Made by a program: the position numbers and the translations under genes
Source of the DNA: Phoronis australis
Lineage: Eukaryota; Animalia; Phoronida
Direction of reading: 5' to 3'
Length of the DNA stretch: 64,000 bases
Assembly: GCA_002633005.1 (NCBI GenBank)
Contig: NMRA01000336.1
Coordinates: 81,268-145,267 of the forward strand
The notes under the pieces: model-generated
Told to the model about the DNA's origin: nothing
What the model saw: the letters and a program-made list of their open reading frames with translations, nothing else
Database searches by the model: none
Part shown: positions 1-10,519 of the stretch, one piece after another
Position numbering within the stretch: the stretch's first letter is position 1
Layout of the letters: each line of letters starts with the position of its first letter

Positions 1-369
1 TTGGTATTAACTTGTCTCATATTTTTTCCTTAAAATGAATGTGTATGTCTGTAGTGGAACCGTCCGCCATTTTTTCAAGATAGCCGCCAAAAATACTTCA
101 AGTCACAACTTCAGAGTGAAGGGTTTTTTATCTTGATTGTTGCTCGATTGTATAATTCACTGAATATCATTAATCCGAAAAATATAATGCAAATTATTTG
201 TGTAAAGACTTAAGTTACAAAAACATATTGCAGTGCACATAACATTAGTTAGCATGTTTGAAGATACTATTCAGACAAAAAACTAAAAAATTTTCAGGTT
301 AAGCCCTCTGATACCATAATTTAAGTATTTTGTACACATATCCTGTCTATGTTGAATTTTTGTTTTCCT

Positions 370-540
370 TTATATATAAAAATAAAACAATTATGGATCA
401 ACTGAAATTTTCGGATATATGTTGCTTATACTTTCATATCGTTCTTGATTTTACTTTATTTATGTTTCTGTTAAGAAAGAGTGTGATTTTACCCAAAAAT
501 TTGAGTTGATCCGTTATAATTGTTTTATTTTATATATATA
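370..540. repeat. Short inverted repeat/hairpin
   Basis: TATATATAAAATAAAACAATTATGGATCAACT is inverted at AGTTGATCCGTTATAATTGTTTTATTTTATATATA. Confidence 0.7.
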
Positions 541-1392
541 TTCTACGATTTGTCCAATAGTAGTATCCTTCAGAGCCCTGGATCACGTCACATAGTTTCA
601 GAATTATTTTTTCCGTAATTTATGTTTTCCTTTGTAATTTCAAGTTTTCCATTGCATTTCTTAAGCTGGTGCCTTATGTAATACCGCGTAGCCGTTTAGC
701 CAAATGTAATGTATATTATTTTTAGTCTCTTTAGTCACAGTGTGCTCAGTTTTCAGAGTTGCTGTACAATATTAACAAGGGGTTTGTCATTTATATAAGA
801 TCAAAAGAAAGACATATACACAGTTCAATGTCAACCACAACTCAGTGCAACTTACACATGTGCCATGACAATCTTTAAGAGTGTTCTAAACTAAATTAAA
901 AAGATGTGTAGGACCTTACTCCTCCGTCACCCACTTGCATGGAGCACAAAAGTAAATTGCGTTACCAAACGAATAAATGATTAACTCAAAAGCTTTATAA
1001 AACCATGGAAGGGCGTGTTGTTAAAGTTATTGGAATGTGTTTGTGACAGGTTTTCTTGGTTCAGTTCAAGTTACTAATTGTTACCTCTTGACATATATTT
1101 AGCTTAGGTATTTCCTGTATATGTTCAGTTTAAAGTTATTAATTGCTACCTCTTGACATATATTTACAATCATCCCAGCTAAAAGCTAATCTTCCCCATT
1201 GGTTAGTTTTATATTTGGCGCACATTCTGATTGGTCGAATAGGTTCACTTGCACTTGCTATATGTTAGATCTTTATACTATCATATCAGAAGCTTTTAAT
1301 ACATCATACTGCACACAAGTATTTTTCTCTAGGAACCACCTGGGGTTTTATCTTTGTACAATATAAACTCACAAAATCAGATGAACAGTCAC

Positions 1393-1520
1393 CTTCGAAG
1401 ATGACGTTTACGGCAGTATGCTGTGACTTAGTGCCAGCCACGGCATGCAGCTCATACAAGCCTTCATCTTCAGGGACAGGTCTGGATATGGTGAGGATTG
1501 CTCTGGTCTTCCCTATCGTG
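1393..1520 (-). CDS. Exon 26 (2-1): Ig D4, second half, Cys-less (copy C); gene continues beyond the window start
   Basis: Acceptor attgtAG, donor GTGACT; TIGKTRAILTISRPVPEDEGLYELHAVAGTKSQHTAVNVIFE; 128 nt. Confidence 0.88.
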
Positions 1521-2947
1521 CTACAATTAAAAACACAACTTATAAGTCCAGAGTAACTTCCAACCAACAACAACCAAACGAGATAGTTAAATTCGCAATA
1601 TCCTTTTTATATTTTGTCTCAGCCGAGGCGTAGTAGAAAAGTCACGAGGTCAGGTAGTGCCACGTTTTCGCCCGTGCATCGAAAGGCGTAGGTCGTCTTT
1701 AACCGACACTAAATTAGCTTCTCCTAGAACGTTTCCTCAAATCTCACTTGGGTTGGCCAGGATAGTGCTGACCTACTAGTAAAAATGTCGAACAAATCAA
1801 TAAAACTTAACCGAAACCATTGTCAGTCGATTCCTGCTAAAGAATAGCCACCTGTTCACATCAGACAACGCCGGGTGATTCCCAGCAAGCCTCGTCCCTA
1901 AGCCTCAAGATGGCGCTGATAGGTATAGCCATTTGAGGCTTGTTTAGCGGAAATCACAATGAGCTACAGGTATCTCATTGGGAAATCATACACTCTTTCA
2001 TAGTGTTGCGAAAGTATAGATGGCGCTGTGTCAGAGGGTAGGGAAATCAATGTACCAGAGTTATGTCAACTTTGAAATTTTCTGCAGTATAATACAAAAA
2101 TCCAAATCAGAGGTATATGTGCATAAATTTAGGTCTAAATTATTGTAAAAATGATGTATTTTGATTTGGAAACAGATTAATTTCTATGGTGCTATCAATA
2201 AAACTGAATCGAAATTAAGAACGAGTAAAACTGCTTCAAGAATGGCAGCAACAACGCCAGTGATAATAATTAAAATTTGCCTTTCTTGAGGTTCTAATTT
2301 AGTTTCTGGAAAATCCTATATAAGTATATCTGCATTAGCCTACATCGCGCTCAGCGATCTCTAATGAAGAAGGATATATAATGCTCGCTGAGCATTCCAC
2401 TTATCCCGTAATCAGTATTTGTATGTCGCACTTCAGACAGTTTAAGTCGTGTATGATTGAGCGCACTTTTGAGTGAGGCAACATAGTAAATTTTTTACTT
2501 GTTTACATCGTTGCATCTTATTTGGAAACTTGAGAGCATATGTGAATCCAGACATTATACAATCCAGCCCTAAATTATCTAGAACATAACTTAATTTAGT
2601 GGTGCACATAAACTCGAAAAAACTACTTACCACATTCACCAATCCACACCCTAATGCAAATGAAGGTCTTATGGTTTACACGTTCAACTCATAATCCGGT
2701 GCAGATACGTTCACCCTAACGGTTACACTTACCTGTTAAATTACCACTACACCACGAGTCAACACTTAAAAACATAGTTTCTGTCTTTCTAAGTAGACAT
2801 GGAACTTCATTTCATCTTTTGCTTTTTACATAAGCATTTGTTGCTTTATTCAATTGGCTTAACGTACTATAAGTCATAAATTGGAACACAATACAAAATA
2901 CAACACGTTTTCAACATATTAACGAAGGCAAGTGTTATATAACCTAC

Positions 2948-3119
2948 CTTTGAAATCTCCTTGCGTCCCTTAATTCAACATTGCTTTTTCTCCATTTAAA
3001 GGTTGGCATCAGTCCCATTTGTTTTGGTCTCATGTCAACCATCAGTTTGACTTCCTTTGAAGTAGTGTTAAAATACACGTCATCTTCTACAGGCGACATT
3101 ATCACCAACCCGTAGTGGC
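2948..3119 (-). CDS. Exon 25 (1-2): Ig D4, first half (copy C)
   Basis: Acceptor gaacAG, donor GTAGGT; HYGLVIMSPVEDDVYFNTTSKEVKLMVDMRPKQMGLMPTFKWRKSNVELRDARRFQ; 172 nt like exon 18. Confidence 0.87.
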
Positions 3120-4126
3120 CTGTTCACATAAAAACAAACATTTCTTCAACAAAACGTCTTGAAAACATGTCGCAGGCCGTGGTTCCTCATTTTGGGCCTG
3201 CCTACATTATGCAATTAACAAGTGCATAGTGAACTCCCCCCCCCCCATGATACTAAACCACACGAATTTGGAGACACGCCTCATGGCTACAGGACCCCTT
3301 CCTTGCGAAACTAGGGCAACAACTGTGACACAGTTGGGGCGACGGAGAGTAGCTCGAAAGTGATGATGTACGGAGGGTAGCTCGAAAGTGATGATGTTAT
3401 CGTGAAAGTGTAAAGGTTGACAACTTTGAAGACCGGAGAGTAAAATTTGTCTCAAAATTTCTTATGAACTCAGGGCACCGTGTACTACATGGTTTTTTAA
3501 ATAGGACATTCAGTGACCATTTCGACTAGGCAGGTTGATCTTTCCTCATTGATGACTAGATACCAACAGAAAGGAATACTCTATTGTCGGATACTGTAGT
3601 ATTTTTTCGAAATACCTTGCACCAGTGAACGTAGCTGCTAGCAACCTCCGATGTCTAATGATAAAATTTTAAGAGTACCATCAGTCGTAGATATGTACAA
3701 TAATGTCTACTACAAAATGCGACTGCTTTTACAGCATTATTCAGGCCAGGCTTTATACAATGACTGCACTTGATTGTTTTCTACGCTTCCGCCGGATCAC
3801 CCAAGCGGCTAAAACATCTGATTGGTCTGCAAGCCAGAATACGTCATAGACAATCAATTAGATGTCTTAGCCATCATTACGACCAACTTACATTTAACGT
3901 AAGAACGATCTATCAACGCAGTTCAGTGACTGCCTCATGTCAGTGACTGTAAATTGTAATATACTAATCACAAAATTTAAATAAAAAAACTTGGTCTACG
4001 ACAGTCCTACAACAAAGGTGACACTACAAATATGTGAAAACCCAATGCCGTCGTTGACTTGTTAGCATCGCTCGACAAAAATCGCACCATCTATGTGACA
4101 TAATCTGATTGTGTTTAAAACCTTAC

Positions 4127-4313
4127 TTTGAACATCTAAGCTGAACTGTCTTGATTTTCGGAGGTTGTTCCTTTCAGCAGTGCACTTATAGGATCCGCCA
4201 TCTTCTTTTTGAACTCCGGAAATTTTCAGTTGGTTTTCCATAACATATTCCGTGTACTTGGAGGAATACTTTTGTTTCTTCGTGACGATTTCTTTTTGAA
4301 ATCTCATTGGTAC
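4127..4313 (-). CDS. Exon 24 (0-1): Ig D3, second half (copy C)
   Basis: Acceptor gtattAG, donor GTAAGG; VPMRFQKE...NQLKISGVQKEDGGSYKCTAERNNLRKSRQFSLDVQ, with the 'D.G.Y.C' motif. Confidence 0.9.
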
Positions 4314-5810
4314 CTAATACAAAAACCGGTTGATGGAACAATACGGTACTAACATTGAGTTCTTCAAAGGTGTTTGACAGTATTTGCCAATAAAACTGTT
4401 CCTGGATTATGTGTATGACGCACTTGCAATTGCTTCAACGTAGAAATAGCAGTGCGAGACTGTTATCTGCTACCATTAAGAACTCAATTTCTGACCAATG
4501 GGTAAATAGCTTCTGCCCTATTTTATATAATCATTTGTGATGTAGATCTATTTATCATATTTATCTGAATAGCACGGGCAAATTTAGAAGACCTTGATGC
4601 CTAAAAACTATACTGGTGTTGTCATCCCTAGTTCCCCGGGTGTTTTTCATGAAAAGCGACTCTTTGAAAGACTAGAGGCAGAAATTTGGTCTTAGGCTAC
4701 CACTTTACTATTGCCAAATGAAGGTTTAGTCATGTAACAACAGCTTCATAGAAATAATTTGTACACATTTTCTCAGGAAATAATTTGTACAAATTTTCCC
4801 AATAAGTAACAGTTAAGGGTATATAGTGATACACTTTATCCGTTTGCTGAAATGAGTTATAATTGTTTTACAGAAATAGTAATGTCAAATTTTTGTTTTA
4901 AGTCTTAAGTCACTTTTCATGAGAAAGACCTCTGGGCTTAAGACACCCAGATTTCTGAAAGTCTAATTTAAATTCTACTGCACTTGCTCACGCAGAGAAA
5001 CCGAAGTCATTATTAATAAATTTTGCTGAAGAGCCCGCATATATGCTCATCTACACTAAAGCTTTACAAGGCCCTAGACAGGTCAATTGTTATCTTTGCA
5101 TCTCTTTATGAATTGCCAAACTGAGAGCCTAAATTCATCTAATCTTTCCTTTTCGACATAACCACTAAAGTTAGTCGTGGGTGCTCACCCGTAAGATGAT
5201 ACTTGGCTTGGTGATGTCGTTCTGGTAAAACTACCTATGATTAATTTCTTTATCACTATTTAATATAGTCACTTAGCTTGGGAATACTAAAATTTACCAC
5301 ACAAGTAGCGTGCCAGACAGATCCTAGTCGGTAAACCAACCCTTTGGCTTAAACACTCCGTGTATCGAAAGTGTACTATTCATACCACACTAACGGGGTT
5401 AGACAGTTTTTGGTTCCATAAATACCTAAGGGAATTTAATTTAATTAGTACTAGCACATTCAATAATTAGTTTGCCTCCAAACTGGGAATTTCTTCTAAG
5501 TTAGGTCCTTTTCCCAGAATAAATGAATCACGGAAAACCTCACGATGGACCTTCGGCTCTGCTTGAGCTCAGTATTACCTAGTACATACGCGACCGTTCC
5601 ACGGGCATTGGAAAGGAATACATAGTTCTGCTCACTTTACTCAGTTTTTGAAATGTTACTTAAGATTAAATTCTAATAATTCTAATGAAAAATCTATTTC
5701 CAAGTGTGTTCAGCTTGAGCGCATAAATTAGTTACCAGTTGTTGAAAAGTCAGTTAGTCACTACATTTGCCCTTACGTTTGTTTTCGTCATCACGTCGAA
5801 CATAACGTAC

Positions 5811-5968
5811 CTTGCCGTTCATGTGTGGGTGGAGAGACCATGTGAGGCTAACTGACTCCATCTCATTAACATGCACTGAACAGGTCAAGACGACATTGGT
5901 ACCTTCTTCGAAGACTTGTTCCCCAGCATCATTTGCCGTGATGTCTGGCCTAGGGCTTGTCCTTTTAC
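5811..5968 (-). CDS. Exon 23 (1-0): Ig D3, first half (copy C)
   Basis: Acceptor ccgtAG, donor GTACGT; KRTSPRPDITANDAGEQVFEEGTNVVLTCSVHVNEMESVSLTWSLHPHMNGK. Confidence 0.88.
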
Positions 5969-6354
5969 CTACGGTTAAGACTTTCATGTCGCTTAAAGCC
6001 CATGCAATGCCATTTTTGAAAACTAAAGGTTTGCTTGGTATTTTGGAACGAAACCCTTCGTCTTCCTAATGATACATGATAAAACAATGGACCGAATGGA
6101 GTTCAACAAGAATATTAATCGCCGTTAACTTGATTACAGTTTGAAGTTTGCGACTTCGGCTCAGGGCTGCCTGGTACTGTAAATGCATTCGGCTGATTTA
6201 CAAAACGTGTTCTTGCTGTGAATGTGACCACCGTGAGCGTAGCCTTCCGCAAGAGAGAGTGATGAAGAGCAAGGGGTTCTATCATAAACATTCCACTTCT
6301 CTATCAATTGCTAGGTTTGGACATGAGTTGCGGATATGCCCGGTATTTACTCAC

Positions 6355-6469
6355 TAATATAACACAATCTTGTCTTTGGGTTTGGCTGCGTTAGCGTACA
6401 GCTAGTCATATTTGGCTATCCCAGCAATGATTCTTTGTGGTGGAGCCTTTACAACAAACTCCGGAGGAT
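6355..6469 (-). pseudogene. Decayed I-set Ig pseudo-exon
   Basis: Pyrimidine tract plus gAG, donor GTGAGT; DPPEFVVKAPPQRIIAGIAKYD*LYANAAKPKDKIVLY with in-frame TAG at 6402-6404. Confidence 0.5.
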
Positions 6470-6671
6470 CTCCCAAAAATAAAACCAAGTGTTAGACACA
6501 ATTCCAAGAGTCTTTAACCTAACCTATGGCGATCTATTATTAAAATCTCTTGTCTATTTACATTGTCAAGACGTTTCGGTCGGTTTATTCCCCGGCCACC
6601 GTCAGGTGTTCCTGCGTTCTTAGAAGAACGACCACGGATATGTGGTACACTCATCATGGTGTGACTTTTTT

Positions 6672-6754
6672 GACTCCGTGCTGTAGTGGTTAAAGTGGTT
6701 GATTCAAAATATCTGTAGTTTCAGAAGTTGTGGGTTCAAATCCTTCCTCAGACA
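6672..6754 (+). pseudogene. tRNA-derived sequence (Leu-CAA-like pseudo-tRNA or SINE head)
   Basis: A-box-like TAGTGGTTAAAG, loop TTCAAAA, variable arm tctg/caga, B-box GGTTCAAATCC; acceptor and anticodon stems are broken. Confidence 0.55.
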
Positions 6755-6831
6755 ATATATAATCAAAAGAAATCACACCATGATGAGTGTACCACATAAC
6801 CGTGCTCGTTCTTCTAAGAACGCAGGAACAT

Positions 6832-6867
6832 CTGACGATGGCCGGAGAATAGACCGACCGAAACGTC
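6832..6867 (+). ncRNA. Minimal hammerhead-ribozyme-like core
   Basis: CTGACGA-t-GGCCGG-agaataga-CCGACC-GAAA-CGTC: conserved CUGANGA and GAAA boxes with stem II; stem I is not clearly formed. Confidence 0.5.
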
Positions 6868-7030
6868 GTGACATTGTAAATGGACAAGAAGTCGGTGTAA
6901 ATAGACCAAGAAATTTTAACAATAGTTGTAACATGCCACCACCTCAGAGCGGATTTAGAAAGTCACTATTCGAGCGACTGGTGTTGATGAGATTACATAC
7001 ACATAATTATTGAAAAATCTAAATTACTAC

Positions 7031-7309
7031 CTGCAAAGTGTATTAGAAAGGCACGCATCTCTTCGCTCGAGTCAGACGTGGCGAGGCACACTTTTTCTCC
7101 TTTCACTGCCAGTGTTGGGTTCTCGATAATTACTCCTTCTTGCTTTCTGTAATAAACATTTTCACCGAATGGGACGGTATCGTTTTTCTCTATATCTAGG
7201 ACAACGACGTTGACTCTTGAACTCGTCACAAGGCACGGAAGGATGACGTAATCATCGCGATATATGTAAACGGCGAGGGGCTCTGAAGTCTTTAGTAACT
7301 GAACAGGAT
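7031..7309 (-). CDS. Exon 22 (1-1): Ig D2 (copy C)
   Basis: Acceptor ctttcAG, donor GTAGTA; DPVQLLK...YVILPCLVTSSRVNVVV...YRKQEGVIIENPT...GEKVCLA...FLIHFA. Confidence 0.92.
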
Positions 7310-8717
7310 CTGAAAGACAAAATATAAAATTACAGTAACGTTTGAGGGTACTATATCCAGTCACGTTTACTTACAAGCATCGTTTAATGTACTCGTCTCA
7401 AAAAGTTCGGAAATCGATATTCGGTTGTCAATACATTCCTTTTTCGAACAATTTCTCTAGATATGACAGTCATTCCTCTTTAGACTTGAAATAACATAGT
7501 TGGGTGTGAAAACTTGCCCTTTGTTTATGAGAATTCGGAAATTTTTGTTTAGTTGCCAATCTTCTTTTAACTTATCTTATCAATTGTTGCATACATAGAT
7601 ATCTTATACTGTGATGTCTGTTGTTGCATATCATCAAAAAGGTTATGTTTTTCAAACAACACCATCTGCGATCGTAACTTGAATTGTTAACATTAAAATA
7701 TGGGCTTTGTTTAGCAGACATCTTACCATCAACGGTCATTTCCTAAGTCATGTGAGTAAGTTCTACCAATAGTTTTGAATAAACAAAGTTCTTATTCCAG
7801 CATTTGTGGCAAATGTTACTACCGTCAAAATCAATGCATTTTCCATTACAATACGTTGACAACAGACCCAGGAGTGCGCTGGATGTTTTAGTTGTTGGAT
7901 AACTACAACTTTGCATAGGTCTGTTGTTGATTTGCCTATCGATATGGTATTAAGGTATAACATATTCGACGACTTAATCAAGAGTCGTTGCAGTGAGGAA
8001 AGTTGCCACGTTAAGTGCAAACATGCACTGTGCACATTACTTCAGACATGTGAATAGTAAGCTTACGCGGAGGTGCAGAGCAATTGTATAAGACCACTGA
8101 CGCAAATACCACGTGTCTTGACAACTGTATTTTTAACAATGCATTTCCGTGATTTAGTTAGATGAAAACAGAAATTGAATATGACGTTTCAGCTAGGCCT
8201 AGTGTAAAAATATCGGTGTCAAATGTTTCCTACAATGAACGGCGCGTAGGTAATTCCACTAAAAATAGTCCAATCATGCGACACAACAATGACCATTTTC
8301 GTGAGTGCATTAAGTGGCATTCAATATTTTTGAGCTAGGTGCTCCCCACTTTCATTAAAACTTGCCACCTGCTAGGTCGACTTGGCATTTAAAGGTTTGT
8401 TCTGCATGTGTAGGTTACGAATGGCACTTAATTGCTCAAGTCTGGAGTCTGTTCTGAAAGATTGGCAGGTGCTGACTCCTTGATATCGCCAAAAATGTAG
8501 CATGTGGTACTGCGCATGCACATGCCCGCAACCGTCCATAAGAAATACATGGAAACGGAATATTGTTAGCAGAGCAGACAATAGTCTGTTACAGAGAGTT
8601 AAGACTCGGTGAAACATTTTCCATTTATCCTGCCCAACCATATGAACAATTGTCCGTACGTTAAAATTTGAATACATAGCTCACTTTTCAGTCACGTTTT
8701 TGATAAAATTAGTTTCG

Positions 8718-8975
8718 CTATCGGATTTGTCTATATATCATGAGACGAACAGAAGTAATCACAGACAACGAAAGTGAGGGTACAAGACAAAGAGAGAGTT
8801 CTTGGTTTGATCGAGGTTTCAGATAAACTGTTTGGATGAAAGCCAATAACCCTTCTTTGATTAGACAACGATGGTTGCGATTTAAATTGTCTGTCTCATG
8901 GTCCAGTACATTGCAGTTGTTGTCAATGAACGCAGGTAGAGGGTGACAAAATTTTCGGGGAACCAATCCTTCCAT
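8718..8975 (-). mobile_element. Penelope-like element remnant (GIY-YIG C-terminus)
   Basis: NCNVLDHETDNLNRNHRCLIKEGLLAFIQ...KPRSN resembles the PLE tail 'ILD.E....R.IKE..I...P.LN'. Confidence 0.5.
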
Positions 8976-9106
8976 GCCCAGTAGGAGCGTGAAAGCTATT
9001 TCTCATTATCTTCCAGAAGTTATGATTCATATGTTTTTGCTGCTAAGCACTAGAACAGCTGAAGGCAAAAAGCAGCATTTACCTGTTAGCTTTCAGTCAC
9101 GCTTAC

Positions 9107-9266
9107 CGTTCACAAATATGTAAACCGACGCATTTATTCCTGTTGTGTTTTCCAGAAAACACGTATATAATCCTGTGTGGTTGGCTACTAAACCTACAAT
9201 GGTGAGGTTATTCTTGAAGTCTTCTGTTTCTTCGTTGTAGATGTCTCCAGTGTCATACGTCACGAG
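9107..9266 (-). CDS. Exon 21 (0-1): Ig D1, second half (copy C)
   Basis: Acceptor ttttccAG, donor GTAAGC; LVTYDTGDIYNEETEDFKNNLTIVGLVANHTGLYTCFLENTTGINASVYIFVN; 160 nt like exon 7. Confidence 0.92.
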
Positions 9267-9746
9267 CTGGAAAAGATTTTCACCTACAACAGCCCTTATG
9301 TACTTTGTTTTCTTTGCTTGTACGATATACGGGGAGCAGACGGTACAGCTTTTCCAGACACTTCAACCAATGTTTACAAAAATACTCAGATCTTCCTCAA
9401 ATGTATAACAAAATTAATTTTTTTTATAAATGGATGGAAAGAACTCCATCTAAATGAAAATAAGGTTTTATTAGAAATAGTATCGAAATTTCTTTTCAAT
9501 ATCAATTCTCTTTGAGTGAGGAGATAAAATTATACATATGTAAAATAACTTATTTTGTATGCAAATGATTTATTAACATTTGTAATCATAACATCAATTT
9601 TTTAATTATATATCTGTGTATAATAATTGTATATAGATTTCTTTGTATTTATTTAACTACAGATACAATGTCTCATGACTCTTTTTGGGTATGTATATCT
9701 ATTGTACTGAATATTTCGTAATAAACATTTAAAAAAATATATTTTA

Positions 9747-10272
9747 AGGTTCTGTAGGACCTTCAAAAAATGGCAAAATTTGGCTGACTTCGAAGAATCA
9801 CATTATTTTCAGAAATGACAGACCGAATTCATATGAAACTTTCAGACACCATGGTTTATGTATTGTTCTCCATTAATAATTGTTTTTAAAAGTTACCTCT
9901 TTTGCTCGATGAGCAATCACAAAATTGGAATTTTATGATTTTTATGAAAAAACTCAAAAATTCCATAACACGAAAATCGAAATGATAAATTAGAAAACTG
10001 TAACAGCGTTTTTGAGATTTCATCTTGAACGCTCTTTACATCGAACGAACTTTTGTCACGCTATTGATACCGTTGGCTTGCTATGGATGTTCCTTCCTTT
10101 TTGTTAAATTTTACTAAAAAGACATGTTCACGTAATCCAAATAATAGTAGATTGGAGTAAAGTCAAATATTACAGGCTTTTTACTTTCAAAAATATATAT
10201 GCTTCTATTCAGTTAAAATCTACATAAATTCGGCTAAAAACACCGACAAGGTGAAAAGGTCCTGCATAACCT
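9747..10272. mobile_element. Non-autonomous TIR element (Kolobok-like termini)
   Basis: AGGTTCTGTAGGACCTT ... AAGGTCCTGCATAACCT (15/17 inverted match) in a TTAA-like context. Confidence 0.5.
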
Positions 10273-10370
10273 TATGATAAAAGATATTCGTCCAGTATTG
10301 CGTGCAGAGCTGATTAGTTAGTCAAGAAGAAATGTCGATAACAATTTAATATAAATTTGTTCAAATTTAC

Positions 10371-10519
10371 CTGTACAGAAGGAAGTTTCCACTGGAGAGT
10401 TTTGCTTCCAGTACAGGCAAGGTCCACAGTTGATCCTACGCCCACGTCTACATAGGGGTAACCGTTCTCATCTGCTTGCTTTGCACTTCCCAGCACGACA
10501 AGTTTTGGCTCCATAGGCT
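10371..10519 (-). CDS. Exon 20 (1-0): Ig D1, first half (copy C)
   Basis: Acceptor atttcAG, donor GTAAAT; EPMEPKLVVLGSAKQADENGYPYVDVGVGSTVDLACTGSKTLQWKLPSVQ, parallel to exon 6 (YPFIDV vs YPYVDV). Confidence 0.9.

Larger units (their letters stand above)
6534..6924. mobile_element. Foldback element: inverted Penelope pLTR-like arms around a tRNA-like core
   Basis: 6549-6673 is the near-exact reverse complement of 6763-6888; complementarity extends to 6534/6924. Confidence 0.75.

Noticed and set aside
2631-2716. Segment bounded by AG and GTAAGT between exons 25 and 26
   Set aside because: Stops in all three frames; exons 25 and 26 join directly.
3343-3397. 28-bp tandem duplication containing a TGATGA box (similar short duplications at 1074-1166 and 4750-4800)
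   Set aside because: Simple local slippage; no box D or terminal stem to support a snoRNA.
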